From IMG/VR virus record IMGVR_UViG_3300025769_000068: 64,000 nucleotides of DNA. The stretch is one strand, 5' to 3'. This stretch comes from a virus. The translations under genes and the position numbers were made by a program. The notes under the pieces were generated by a model. That model worked only from the letters and a program-made list of their open reading frames with translations, was not told the origin of the DNA and searched no databases. Below, one piece after another: positions 10,401 through 21,500 of the stretch (position 1 is its first letter; every line of letters begins with the position of its first letter).

Positions 10401-13400
10401 TCCAACTAAGGATTATATTTATGGACGATTTGACGGACATTTAAATAACAAATATCATTGGTATGGTGTTGGTCAACGCGATCAAAGCATAAAAGGTAAT
10501 GCTGGTTACAGAGGGGTGAAGACAAGAAATTTTGATTTTTATAGTCAAGAACGAGAAGCTTTTTTCTTTCATCGTGAAAACGATGTAACATATATGGGTT
10601 TAGCTTATCCTGAAGCTCTGAAACCTGATGGCAGTCCTAATACTGTTATGACGCAACCACAAGGGGCGTATGGTGGTAGATACGGTCTCGGACAGAGTGG
10701 TTTCTACGGAGCAGGACAAGGATCAGAGTACTGGCAAACGAGGGTCGAAACATTAGATTTTAATGGACGATTAGTAGACATTTTTTGTGGATACTCATTA
10801 GAATTTACTCTTGATCCGAATCAACTTGGTGTGTTTATTTTTATCTGGAGGACTGGCACTGACAGCAATGGCGTAACTAGCGTTATGCATGGCAATATAG
10901 CTGATGGTTTTTGGGTGTTTAGCTATAAAGCCACAGAAGCTCAAAGAAATGCACTTAGAAATACAATACCAGAAAATTTTCCTACGACATCTTTTGGAGA
11001 TTATTTTGCTACATTTGACTATGAACCAACTACAACCCCTCCACCAGTATTGGAAATACCAACCCAAGCTATAACAACAACAACCGCACCGGCAGTACCG
11101 ATAGAGGAAGAATGTAATCTACTTTCATACAAGACTCCTACGGATTTAATCGAACAAGACAGCTCATCAGAAACTTATAATGAAATTGTTAGCGTTAGAG
11201 GTTTGAGTTCTGGTGCATACAGAGTGTTTGAGATAGGCGCTGATAATCAATTTAAAAGTGATTTTAATAGAAATTCCGGTGGAACCGATGAGAGTCATTA
11301 TCGTTTTCGACAAATATCATCCAGTTTTCAGTTAAATGCTCCTATTGTGGGGTACTCATCTTCTCCCAGATTTAAACTGACGGGATTTGCCATTGATTCA
11401 AAGTACAAGACTTACTTTAACGAAGTATACGAACGCAAATGGGATGCAGATACGGGTAGGGGTCTTGCTCGCAATGAATCTGGCTACCCCCAACCAGCAA
11501 AGGTGCATTATTGGACTGATAAGAATGGGGTGAGACAATCAAGAAAAGGTAATGATATAGAATTTTTAGAAGGCGAGCTTGTTGAATATAGAAATGAATC
11601 CAAGATATCACCGTTGTATACTTCCTCATTCTCGCGTAAGTCGTTGTCAACCGCCGGATGGAACTCTGTACCTTACGGCACATATAGAATTTTACAAACA
11701 AATATACTTGCTTATGGGGCGCATAAGCTACTACGAAACGTTCACGATAACGGGGGCGGGTATATTAGCGCTCAACAGGGCAACAGAACCATTCCTAGAA
11801 CAGCTGATGGCTTTGCAAGAACAGATGGAGAATATTTCTTCTTGTTCACATTCTGTAATTCAGATGAAGTTCCAGAAGGATATCACGGCGATTGGCCTCG
11901 TGACCTGTCAAATTTACCAACAATTACTACTACTACAACTACGAGAGCGCCCACGCCTATTGATCCCGCTGCGCCAGTTTCAGAATATACTGCAATTAAT
12001 GGTATTGAACCGTTTGACCGTTTTAGGGCAGACAGTTTGATAACACAAGATTATAAAGGTATTAATCGTAATACAAGAGAATCAGATATTATTAGTACTG
12101 ACGGTAACGGTATACACTATGAATTTAATAATATAGCAATGAGCAATGACGGTGAGTTTATAGCTTTTACACACGGTTTTGATAATCATGGTAGTTTTCA
12201 AAATTCACAAAGTTCTTTCACTACAAACATTTCTGTGTTAAAGAGAGGTAAGTATTTTGATCTTGAAACAAAGACTTATAATAGTATTCCAAGAGATAAT
12301 AATGGAAACCTTATACCTAAGACATCTGAACTTCAATATGGATATTATCAAAATATTGTCTTGGAGGGAGCTGACAAAGATTTTGCAAATTTGCAAATCG
12401 AAAATGACCATCCTTATGTAAAACTTACTTTTAATGATAATAATAATGATGCTAGGTTATATGAATTGGCAAATGATGATTTTATAACCCTTGCTGATGG
12501 CTCCCAATATTTTGTGCCTACTTTCAAAAGAAAAGAACCAGATAATTATATTTTACACTATAGTGTTAATGGTGCTGCCTCTCCAATAAACATCCCCAGA
12601 AATCAGGCCCACGTTTTCCAAAGGAATGGATCTTTACAATTAACTAACCATTACCAAGGTGGCATGTCTAGAAAATCTATGCTTGTTCGTCAGGGTCTTG
12701 CTCCAATAGACGTTGCTGGTAAGACAGAGCCAAATGATTTGATAAAACTACATATTCTTGACATTACCAGCGATAAACTTTCTGTTTATGGTCCGTATGG
12801 TATGCTCTTCCCAGTTTATTCCATAAATCACCCCTTAATCCGCTTGGCGGCTGGTAAACTAAGTGTTGGTGTGGGTAATTTCGGGTACATTCCTTACTTA
12901 CCTTCAACGTCACTTTATCCTACTCACTTTGGCGCTCATGACCGTACTTACTCAGGAGAAGTCTCCGCAATAAGTGCTAATGGAAAAGTTATTGCTATAT
13001 CTCATGATAATTACAAAGCTTTCACAAAAGATTATCTTAAATCTGACATTCGAGGAAAAAGGGTAGTAGTATACGAGTGGGGGATAGACGCACAAAAACC
13101 TTTGGCGAAACCTTCAGATGGTCGGGATGATATGTCTGGTAATCTTCAGCCACGATGGTTACTAATAACTCATCAAATACAACTTAGACATCCAGACATG
13201 GATAGTGGTGAAATTTCTCCTTACCTTGATGAAGCATTCACTGTCTCTAGGCCGTATACAGTTCGTGTGATTGCATCAAAACTTAGCCATGACGGTAAGA
13301 GACTAGTCATCGCCTATTCAGCCACTACAGAAGTTGACGGAGAAGAGAGGACAGCACAGACTATTAGGGTATACGACCGTGTAGTGCATTGGGTTGGTGA

Positions 13401-16400
13401 TCCAGTTACGGGTTTTGATAACTACAAAAGCAGAAGCGATGTTGCTGATGATGAAGTTCCAATAGAAATGGCAGGCTGGGCGCAAAACGTAAATTACATA
13501 AGCAATGACGAAAAACTAGGCGGTGGACTAGACATTAAAGGCAAAGGAAATATAATTGATGTAGAAATAAGCAAAGATGGCAGTGTAATAGCCATGTGCT
13601 TTGGTGCTAATTCTCAGTCCCCGACGACAACCGACAAAGGAAGTGTTAGGGTTATAAAGTTACAACAAACATATTCTCTACCCACTGAATTGCCAACTAG
13701 TTATCTTGACGAAAGAGCGGTCGATATACTACAACTTCCAAAGCAAAATAAATGGGTAACAACATTTGAGCAATTTGGAGTAAATATTTTCCCTCGCCTG
13801 CGTAATCAATCTGGACAGATAATAAGCGATGGGGCTGAAGAAAGATTCGGAATGTCCATCTCTATGAGTGCAAATGGGTCTTTGCTAGCAGTGGGCGCTA
13901 GCGCTGTGCTTAATAAGAAAATTTTCCCTACAGATAATTCTGTACGCCGTGTGCCAAATGAGCTTTTTGTCTATGATTTATCATCATTTAATGATACAGC
14001 TCCACCAGTTTTAGCACCAGAAGAAACTCAACCTGACGCTACAACAACATCGACTACAACTACTACAACATCGACGACACCTCCTCCAACCGCTATCACA
14101 ACGACCACAACAACCACTACGACAACAACTACTACTATTGCTCCAGTAACAAATAACCCTAAATGTTTGCCAGCTGTATCTTACTGGAAGACAGTAAATC
14201 TTCAGGCGCAACCGGCAGAAGATCCAAATACTCCGGGTCATAACAAAAGTCAGGTTAATCATCAAAAGGAAATATTTGTAATCAATCCTGATGCCCCCGT
14301 ACCAAATACTAATAGAGTTAATTATGTAGAAGGTTTACTTTACGCAGAACCTCATGGCATCCAAGCTCATGATAGAATAATTCCCGGTTATGATTTTTAT
14401 GTTTATCCTAATAATGCGTATACTATTTACAGTGATGCTAGAGTAACTAATTATTATTTTAAAGATAATCCATTTATTCATATTACAGCTTCGCGTATAG
14501 ATGAACATGAATTTCCCGGTGCTGGATTACAAAAGTATTTTAGTGGAATAATTACTCTTTTCTTGCGGGAGGGTTATGATACTTGGGATGGTGAAAGTTT
14601 TTTAATATTTTCAACTAAACGAGTAGTTGGTACTAACCCAAATTACATAAACGGAAAAGATGTTGCACTTTTAGGTGTTGCAGAAGCGAATGCTCAAGGT
14701 TTCAATTGTGCCAGCCTGAATCAAAAAAACGAAGTTTGTTTAGATTATGATATTGATGTTGGCGTTGAAACTGTTGGCAGTCAACGTTACTATACTTTCA
14801 ATGGGCTTTCTAGCTTAAATCATAAATTTAAATTAAGAAACGGTGTCTATCGTTTTAGAAATGTCTCAAGATCGCACCCAATTGGTTTCTATCCAGTTGA
14901 TCAACCCCAAGGTTTTATAGATTGGGCTGTCCTGTATGCCAATGACAATACATTTGCATTGTCTTCTAATGTTAATTTTAGCTACGATTTAGACAGTACA
15001 AAGCATAGTCCAATACATGTCAAAAAGAATATTCAAGGTTTTGATGTAGCATATGCAGCAACTATATGGAACCCCAATAGAGATCCATACACAATAGTAC
15101 TAAATGTTGCAGATGATTTTGGAACAGCTAGCTATGAATGTTATAACCACGGCTTTATGGGTGGGGCTGCTAATTTAGTTTATGATAGCTCTTGTCCAGC
15201 GTTTGTTGAGCCTGAACCAGCGAGGGTTCCAGCTATCACAACGACAACCACTACCACTACAAGAAGTCCTATTGTTTTTCAAGAAGATCCCATATTTGAC
15301 ATCCCACCGCTTCCAGAAGGTTATGATAACTGGGAACATTGGTTTAATGACCAAGCTACAACCACGACTACAACTACAGTAGAACCAATTGTAGTAGTAG
15401 AACCTGTACAACCGCGTGTCATAGTTACAACTACGCCCAAGCCATATGTCCCAGTTCTTACAATGCCGAGTGGCCCTACGTGTACGCCGTATGGGATTGT
15501 TCTTAAGAATAAAACTGATCAAGAAATACAAAATCGTGTCAGATCAAATCTAAATGTAGGTTACAAAGATTACAAACAAGGATTAATTAACACTGATGTA
15601 CAAGATTGGAAATCTTATTCTTGGCTTCCAGATGCTAGACCTTGGGGTATGAAGTTTATTAACAGTTCGGCAGATGTAATTTTCGACAATAATATGAACA
15701 TTATTGGTCATAATGATGCCCTCCCTGAATATTGGACTGACTATTTTGTTGGATCTCCAAATGGCATATCAGGAAATACTTATTTATCTCTCGCCGCTCC
15801 AAACATCTTGAGAGAAAAAGACGTGTACGAAATATACTTACTAGAAATTTCAGAAGATTCTCCAATCACTGATTATGATTTTAGAGATAATCCTCATATT
15901 GAGTTAATACCTTTAGATAAAACAAAAACTAGAAAAAATTCCGTACCTTATTTCATTAGTACTAAAAGTTATTTATTCGACGCAAGAAACTCTGTTCGGG
16001 ATAATGCTAGTTATAGTCCGTATATTAGCACTGATCCAAATGCAGACACCAGATGTGATTATTACTGGGGTAATGTTATACTAAGGATAAAAAAAGAGGC
16101 TAACAATTACTACAACCAGATTGATATTCCCGCTTATGACAAAAGAATAAGCAGAGAAATTAGAATTCAACGCGGCTTCTTTTCTATACTTTCACAATGG
16201 ATGGAAGTAGTTAGATTTTATATTAATCAGGGTTCGTGTTCAAGACGGCACGTCGCTGGAACATACTTAAGTGACTATATTGTAAAACAAAAACAATCTA
16301 TTGCAACAACACAAAATTCATTATTATCGGACACGTATAGGAGGGTAAAAATTAATGCACTTTCAAACCTCTATTTAGATTCAGACACTAAAAACGTAAG

Positions 16401-18528
16401 AACTGAAAAAACTTATTACGAAACTGGCCCAAGTAAAAAATTAGTAGTTAGAAATGATGTTGATCCACTGTTTTATCCCAAATACCAAAAAACAGGAAGA
16501 AGTTTAGATGTAAATGATGTTCGTGTGTATGATACTTTTTCAGTTTCTTCTGGAGTTTCTAGTTCCCAACGTAGTAAACCAAGTAGAATAAATGGCATTG
16601 CTAATATTAATGACCCGTCTCCATTCGTAGTATATAGAGATTATCCAGAAGATTTTAATAGTGTAAATAAAACATTAGATTTTGGAATGGAAGAATTTGA
16701 GCAAAGATTTGTAGTATCTCTTTTTGATCCTGAAGCCAGAAATGTTATGACAAGAGAAGTTTTCTGTTTGCCAACAGACGGTGGTTTTGGATACTCTCAA
16801 AACAGAGAACAGTCTGAAAGTGCTACATTAAATCCAATTAGCTCCTTGTCAACTAACCCGTCTTCTTTCTCTTTTAGTTCTAGTGATGATACTAAATTTT
16901 CTTTTTCGGAGGATAATTCAGATTTCTTGGGTCCAGTAAATGTATATAGATCATCGTTTCTTAATGACGGGGCAAATGCAAGTACAATTCCCGTTGGGGT
17001 TGACGTAGGAGACACATCAATAGACGGTGATTTTTATGCATACAGTTATCATTTATATGGAAGATTTCCAACCATCGTTGTTAAAAATTATACCAACAAC
17101 GCCACCCACGCAACGATTGAGCCGGATGGAATCTTAGCAGGACATAAACTATCTTTAAAACAACTTAATCCAAATAATTGGAGTGCAAAGCCTTTACTAT
17201 TAGCTGTATCTTCTTTAGAGAGTGTTAAGATTTATTTGATAGATGGAACTAAATTCCTTACACCAATTTTGTTAAAAGGAGGAATTGATTTTGAAAATCC
17301 ATATCTTAACTTTATTAAAGAAAAAGGGTTTTTACCAGATGATAGAAATGCTAATTACTCTAAGCCGGAAAGTTTTATATCCCCCGTTGGATCTAATCGT
17401 AATAACGTTGTACAATCTCAAGATTCTGATAGAACAATAAGGCTACAACCAGACGAAGACTTAGTTAGAGATATTACTATTAGTTGGCACAATGTAGTTA
17501 AGTCCACTGCTTATAATATCATAGGTCGCGGAAAAGGTAATTATAACAAAAAAATGTACAAACATATACTAATTCCTAGACTTAACACAGCCGTAGAAGA
17601 ATCTATAATAGATAGATCACAAAGATCAATAATTGATAATGTATATCCCACTGTTAATGATAATCAAGTAAGCCGCCTGTTAAGTCTTGCAAAGGTGCAA
17701 AATTTGAATAATATATTTGATCTTAATAACATATCTGATCCAGCATTTTATAGTGAAAATAGTGTATTGTCTATTAAGATTAGCAATGCGGTCGCAGGAG
17801 AAAGTTTTGATATTGAATGGTGGCATAAGGGCGCAATAGTTAGAAATAGAAAACAAGCGTTAGCTGATAAAAATGGCGTTTTAACAGACACGTTTGCGGG
17901 TGCTGGTCAGTGGGTTAACCATGTTAATCAATATGGCATGATATTCATGGGTGTAAATAGTATCCCTGTGCTTTCTGGAGAGGTTAAAGTTGTGGTTAGA
18001 AGAAGTAATATTTCGTCTCAAGTTGATTATATTCTTTCTACTAGACTTCCTCAAAAACGCCAAAGTGATAATATGCGAAACAGTTTTATAGATTCAGCAG
18101 AATTAAGAGACAATGGCTATAGCAATAGCTTTATTCAAAGTTTAAGGGGTACTAGTTTCCAAGGGCCAGTTTCTTTAATTGCTGATGTAGACCAAGAATC
18201 TAACGTTCTTATAAATGAATTTAGACGCGATTCCACAAAGAGCAATTCATTTATAGAAGCTTTTGCTGGAGAAAATTATGGCTGGGACAATGTTGTTCTT
18301 AGGACTACAGATGGTGGCGTTGGCCCTAAGCCTGCGGATTTAATATTAGATTACAATGCACAATATACTAGCGCAGCTATTTCATTACAACAAGATTTTA
18401 TTACTGTGCCATCTATAACAACTGCTACTTTAACTTCTGACACAATTGTTGGTGGTGGAAGTATTACTCCTGACGACACTTATGACGGTGGCGGGGGTGG
18501 CGGTGGTGGCGGTGGAGGAGGATACTAA
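7456..18528 (+). CDS. Giant (3690 aa) modular adhesin-like virion protein with FG-GAP-like beta-propellers, a cupredoxin-like domain, poly-Thr linkers and C-terminal poly-Gly
   Basis: Propeller-blade motifs FGFAVSINSVGNIVAVS, FGKSITLSADGFLLAIS, FGQSFDMTNSANVIVAGS and FGMSISMSANGSLLAVGA; motif SHPIGF...YECYNHGFMGG; at least 8 Thr tracts. Confidence 0.65.
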   Translation: MAYNFTDKYPDIADVDLILSHQLVEQIFRLHSTQFEGSRAVIVDDEVEFEMVNTIPDSLRAISNSRILVRYVWTPDETTSERFTYDLAEMELPPIVPHSFSSFAMNPENEYKFSTPLVATAIDGSSQYLRHGYGYYRFEFAFLGGTSVGSSSPARGDLSDYISTDFFKVEDGFEKSNFQLEQAEYPYPTTTTTTLSPIVSYPAPVILNVGTLEFTQFNVLHSKLLDGTEDYKGADIIKGKSEAGVVSEYYYDNDIKSEKVIGILTPQENECDFLRNPNSDDNSTYLRSAQDFTSTEFYLHAKIPDFSRVLSKIKEQSFPNANIYVDVEANTHEDATFRKIETYTININNAPNVEEKFFTLRLDHIINHESLIFNEVSFRLLLRDEESFLVDSFYSNDFSSNKLCNAGFFGEVTTTTTTSTTTTTTTTAAPTPIDSVTFSQAGNDLIPYLPVGSEPNIGKFGFAVSINSVGNIVAVSNPYHNGFNQGDEKHGSVHVYMWNGFDWYPFGEFFGNQSTTFGKSITLSADGFLLAISDENYVRIYRYDTEINTWVVLNSIEVEEQGGNKHVDVLHVEFDVSEGSTLAVSYSVEDSSTYPRQSVSKLSIYRDNGEGYSKLIDNFTNELSTSISDINNIFVCSNSINQIDTNLENNFRQLGNTFNFKAYDTASDIDGNIVAFLLPQNQAVDGWPFPHGGLLAIKAFRRINVRYEQLGSDILIDTTDNYLRNNPNLELVGARGKIQSSDLIKISEEGLFLIVRTLHSTDQTQAGKFGSISVYQYDEGIRDWVVSKNVIRLDDSEDYTGLNFGQSFDMTNSANVIVAGSNNTVDGQQGICRVYTKNGFRIPVVFNVPGIFPEHMPTTTTTTTPVPTTTTTTTTTTTTTTTTTVAPVRTITFLPARSIKTVNTLISGADVTGGIVPAYAPFSRVIPQHFLDKVREGNVTPRIYSTHGQHYYYQDDVNLHVVTHGATRYVAGMPHGYKWIDDPTKDYIYGRFDGHLNNKYHWYGVGQRDQSIKGNAGYRGVKTRNFDFYSQEREAFFFHRENDVTYMGLAYPEALKPDGSPNTVMTQPQGAYGGRYGLGQSGFYGAGQGSEYWQTRVETLDFNGRLVDIFCGYSLEFTLDPNQLGVFIFIWRTGTDSNGVTSVMHGNIADGFWVFSYKATEAQRNALRNTIPENFPTTSFGDYFATFDYEPTTTPPPVLEIPTQAITTTTAPAVPIEEECNLLSYKTPTDLIEQDSSSETYNEIVSVRGLSSGAYRVFEIGADNQFKSDFNRNSGGTDESHYRFRQISSSFQLNAPIVGYSSSPRFKLTGFAIDSKYKTYFNEVYERKWDADTGRGLARNESGYPQPAKVHYWTDKNGVRQSRKGNDIEFLEGELVEYRNESKISPLYTSSFSRKSLSTAGWNSVPYGTYRILQTNILAYGAHKLLRNVHDNGGGYISAQQGNRTIPRTADGFARTDGEYFFLFTFCNSDEVPEGYHGDWPRDLSNLPTITTTTTTRAPTPIDPAAPVSEYTAINGIEPFDRFRADSLITQDYKGINRNTRESDIISTDGNGIHYEFNNIAMSNDGEFIAFTHGFDNHGSFQNSQSSFTTNISVLKRGKYFDLETKTYNSIPRDNNGNLIPKTSELQYGYYQNIVLEGADKDFANLQIENDHPYVKLTFNDNNNDARLYELANDDFITLADGSQYFVPTFKRKEPDNYILHYSVNGAASPINIPRNQAHVFQRNGSLQLTNHYQGGMSRKSMLVRQGLAPIDVAGKTEPNDLIKLHILDITSDKLSVYGPYGMLFPVYSINHPLIRLAAGKLSVGVGNFGYIPYLPSTSLYPTHFGAHDRTYSGEVSAISANGKVIAISHDNYKAFTKDYLKSDIRGKRVVVYEWGIDAQKPLAKPSDGRDDMSGNLQPRWLLITHQIQLRHPDMDSGEISPYLDEAFTVSRPYTVRVIASKLSHDGKRLVIAYSATTEVDGEERTAQTIRVYDRVVHWVGDPVTGFDNYKSRSDVADDEVPIEMAGWAQNVNYISNDEKLGGGLDIKGKGNIIDVEISKDGSVIAMCFGANSQSPTTTDKGSVRVIKLQQTYSLPTELPTSYLDERAVDILQLPKQNKWVTTFEQFGVNIFPRLRNQSGQIISDGAEERFGMSISMSANGSLLAVGASAVLNKKIFPTDNSVRRVPNELFVYDLSSFNDTAPPVLAPEETQPDATTTSTTTTTTSTTPPPTAITTTTTTTTTTTTTIAPVTNNPKCLPAVSYWKTVNLQAQPAEDPNTPGHNKSQVNHQKEIFVINPDAPVPNTNRVNYVEGLLYAEPHGIQAHDRIIPGYDFYVYPNNAYTIYSDARVTNYYFKDNPFIHITASRIDEHEFPGAGLQKYFSGIITLFLREGYDTWDGESFLIFSTKRVVGTNPNYINGKDVALLGVAEANAQGFNCASLNQKNEVCLDYDIDVGVETVGSQRYYTFNGLSSLNHKFKLRNGVYRFRNVSRSHPIGFYPVDQPQGFIDWAVLYANDNTFALSSNVNFSYDLDSTKHSPIHVKKNIQGFDVAYAATIWNPNRDPYTIVLNVADDFGTASYECYNHGFMGGAANLVYDSSCPAFVEPEPARVPAITTTTTTTTRSPIVFQEDPIFDIPPLPEGYDNWEHWFNDQATTTTTTTVEPIVVVEPVQPRVIVTTTPKPYVPVLTMPSGPTCTPYGIVLKNKTDQEIQNRVRSNLNVGYKDYKQGLINTDVQDWKSYSWLPDARPWGMKFINSSADVIFDNNMNIIGHNDALPEYWTDYFVGSPNGISGNTYLSLAAPNILREKDVYEIYLLEISEDSPITDYDFRDNPHIELIPLDKTKTRKNSVPYFISTKSYLFDARNSVRDNASYSPYISTDPNADTRCDYYWGNVILRIKKEANNYYNQIDIPAYDKRISREIRIQRGFFSILSQWMEVVRFYINQGSCSRRHVAGTYLSDYIVKQKQSIATTQNSLLSDTYRRVKINALSNLYLDSDTKNVRTEKTYYETGPSKKLVVRNDVDPLFYPKYQKTGRSLDVNDVRVYDTFSVSSGVSSSQRSKPSRINGIANINDPSPFVVYRDYPEDFNSVNKTLDFGMEEFEQRFVVSLFDPEARNVMTREVFCLPTDGGFGYSQNREQSESATLNPISSLSTNPSSFSFSSSDDTKFSFSEDNSDFLGPVNVYRSSFLNDGANASTIPVGVDVGDTSIDGDFYAYSYHLYGRFPTIVVKNYTNNATHATIEPDGILAGHKLSLKQLNPNNWSAKPLLLAVSSLESVKIYLIDGTKFLTPILLKGGIDFENPYLNFIKEKGFLPDDRNANYSKPESFISPVGSNRNNVVQSQDSDRTIRLQPDEDLVRDITISWHNVVKSTAYNIIGRGKGNYNKKMYKHILIPRLNTAVEESIIDRSQRSIIDNVYPTVNDNQVSRLLSLAKVQNLNNIFDLNNISDPAFYSENSVLSIKISNAVAGESFDIEWWHKGAIVRNRKQALADKNGVLTDTFAGAGQWVNHVNQYGMIFMGVNSIPVLSGEVKVVVRRSNISSQVDYILSTRLPQKRQSDNMRNSFIDSAELRDNGYSNSFIQSLRGTSFQGPVSLIADVDQESNVLINEFRRDSTKSNSFIEAFAGENYGWDNVVLRTTDGGVGPKPADLILDYNAQYTSAAISLQQDFITVPSITTATLTSDTIVGGGSITPDDTYDGGGGGGGGGGGGY
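8692..8736 (+). repeat. Poly-Thr (ACN)n tract
   Basis: TTTTTTSTTTTTTTT within the 3690 aa ORF. Confidence 0.9.
10027..10107 (+). repeat. Poly-Thr (ACN)n tract
   Basis: T7-PVP followed by a long Thr run in the 3690 aa ORF. Confidence 0.9.
14041..14136 (+). repeat. Poly-Thr (ACN)n tract
   Basis: TTTSTTTTTTSTTPPPTAI followed by a long Thr run. Confidence 0.9.
18487..18522 (+). repeat. Poly-Gly (GGN)12 C-terminal tract
   Basis: G12-Y-stop at the end of the 3690 aa ORF. Confidence 0.9.
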
Positions 18529-21500
18529 TGGTTGTTAATTATAATAAACTATTTGATGATGGAAAATACCAAAATATCACAATAGATCAAGGTGTGCAGG
18601 GAGATGCATTTGAAATGCCCACTCTTGATGATTTTAAGATGAGACTTTTAAAATCTGAATCTTATGTTATATTATATGATTTTCATTCACTTCCAATTAA
18701 TTTGGGAGTTTCTCAGGCAGCGTCGTCATCAGCTCCTCAACTTGTAAAAATGAGAAGACATGTCACTAACCCTATTGACACTACTGCGTCTATGAATAGG
18801 TATAGTCGTCCCTGTCAAATACCACCTGAACCAGAAGAGTTTGGGGACGCATTTGGTAAATCGGGTAAAGATTGTGAACAAGCAACTAGAATATACAATG
18901 GAGGTGGAAAGCTTAATGGTTCATATAGAGATAAAAATGGAAGCTTTAAAGACTTTAGCTTTAAAGTATATGCAAGTTCCATGCTTTTAAAAAGAAGAAC
19001 AGCGCAATTGTCAAATCCATATCCAGTATATAAAACAGGTTCTGCCAATAGTGTAATAGAGTCGTGGAAACGAGCTAATAAATTCGTAACTGCTAACAAC
19101 CCACGTACTGATGTTTCTAGTTTAAGTAAATCATCAGAGGCGTACAAAAGATATGCCGCTACAGGAGAATACGCAACAGCAAGAAGAATTACATTCAACA
19201 TGGATGATCCAAGATTTTCTACAGAACCAACGAAACACACCACCACAGTACGAGCGCAGCTTTCTGAAGGATTGTCGGCAAAAGGTTATCCAGCTTTCAC
19301 TGGTCCTATATTATGGAAAGTTATTTATGGCACAGGACCAACCTTTGGAGCTGGAACAATAAATGACAAAGATATGTTAGTGGAAGGTAGGAACATGATA
19401 GTTGGCGGTTCTTACGCTATGATAAAAAAATCAGATTACGATGCACTTATAAGAACGAGGAGGGATCTTGGACTCTCAATAGAGAGATTTAAAAAAAGCG
19501 GACTTTTTACTGAGTTTGAAGTAGAATATGATTTACCTGACTTGTGGGAGTGTAAGTTTAAGTTAACTAAAAATAACGGTCAACGAATTCATGATGGTCG
19601 TTTCGACGTAACAGATAAAGATATACAAGCTATACCATATTCATATGATACCATACCTTCTACTGCTTTCTATAAACCTCCTAAAGATAGTGACATTGTT
19701 TCTCTTGGGGGCGGTAAGTATGGCACTGCGGCATCAAGTAGAATTCCTGACACGCTTACAAAAATTGTCACAGGAGATGCTGATTTTGTAGAACTTCCAG
19801 ATAGAGGCAGAGCAGTTTATTGGCAACATTACTATAAGTTTAATGGAGATGGAGAATTTGCTGGTGTTAATCCCAATAATGTTGAAAAGTTTTGGGACAA
19901 TGGAGGAACCTATCAAACAACAAGACCCGGATATCAGACTGTGTACGAAACAGAAAAATTTGACTACGGTAAATATGTTTCTCAGATACCTAGATTATAT
20001 TATCAAGCTTCTAAATCTCCCAGCGAATCAATATACTTTAAAAACCCAAGTTTTCCTAGACCCGTACAGGCTAATGGTGTTCAGTTTGTTTTCAACCCTA
20101 AGCAAATAGAGAATGGCGATAACGAAGTTACTGCGATTAATTATATAGATCCTAATTTTGCAACGTCTTCTTTTTTTGGTAGACCTAAGAAAAAGGGTGT
20201 AGTTAAATTTTCTACTTATGATGTTGGAGAATTCACTCTTGAAATTGTTCAAGCTAATAAAATTAGCACCACGGCAAATGCTCCAAACCAACAATTTAAA
20301 GCTTATAAACTAAAAACAGCAGGGGTTGATAAACAACACAGAGGTTTGAAATCAGATTTTGATACCGTGCTAGAAAGGTGGAGCAATAAAAAGTATAGTC
20401 AAAAAATTACTTTTACTGATAAAACCGGAAAACCTGATAAGTTAGTTTTAAAGCAAGCTAATATACAAAACATACCCGGAGTTGTTAATGATTTTACTTC
20501 GCAATGGTCTCAAGACTATTCTTTTGGAGCCACGAGTCGTGACTTATCTAGCAATGACTCTGTTGGTCAATTGGCTATACAAGGTACAACGAACATATCT
20601 ACACATGTCTACAACGAGTGGTATGATCGTTATGGTAATTTACTTGGAGTTAGTCCTCAGTACAATGAAATTGCGCTTAAGGGCATAACTCAACTTGCCG
20701 CAACAAACAATAGTAGACGAGAATATGAGCTGATTGAATATGAAGTTAAAGCACCATCTGCCTCTCAAGCTGGATTGCCTTATGGCTCTACTGACATACG
20801 GGTAGCCGCACCTAATCATACATTCTTTTACGAAGTTAGATATATAGTACAAGGGTCACGATCAAAAGCAGTAGAATTAAAAAACTCAGGTGGATCTGCC
20901 ACAAAAAGAAATTCTTATTTTGGAAAGTACTTTACTCCAGTTGCAGGTGATAGCTCTGGTGGAAATTTATCAAATGACTCTACGCTACCAGCTGGACAGC
21001 AACTTCCAAGTCGTCTAGATCCAACAGTATACGATGCGGTTCCTTATGTAGAATTTAATGAAGATGGAACCAAGCTGCTGATAGCTCAAAAAGCAATTGG
21101 AAAGTTTTCTTACATAGAGAAGGAAAGAGATAGAGATTATAGAAAAGGATATTTAAAAATAATAGATAGGGTTTCTACAGAAGGTGCAGATAATAAAGTT
21201 CGTATTTCTTTTGATGTAGATCCTACTGGGCAAAAAAGCACGTATGAAACTGCGTTCTTCAATGATTTGGAAATTACCGCTAAAAAAGACCGTTATATGT
21301 ATAAAGGGTTTCAAGACGGTAAGTTTGGTTTAAGCAAGGACGGCGCATTTATAGCTTGCTATTTCACTGATGGTGATAGAAATAATCTTAATAGATATCC
21401 ACCTAGATTATTTTTATATAAAAATATGAATGCAGAAACAGAAGATAAAGAATATAAATCTGCTAATGAAGGTGGGTATTTTAGCCCCTCGGTAGTACAA

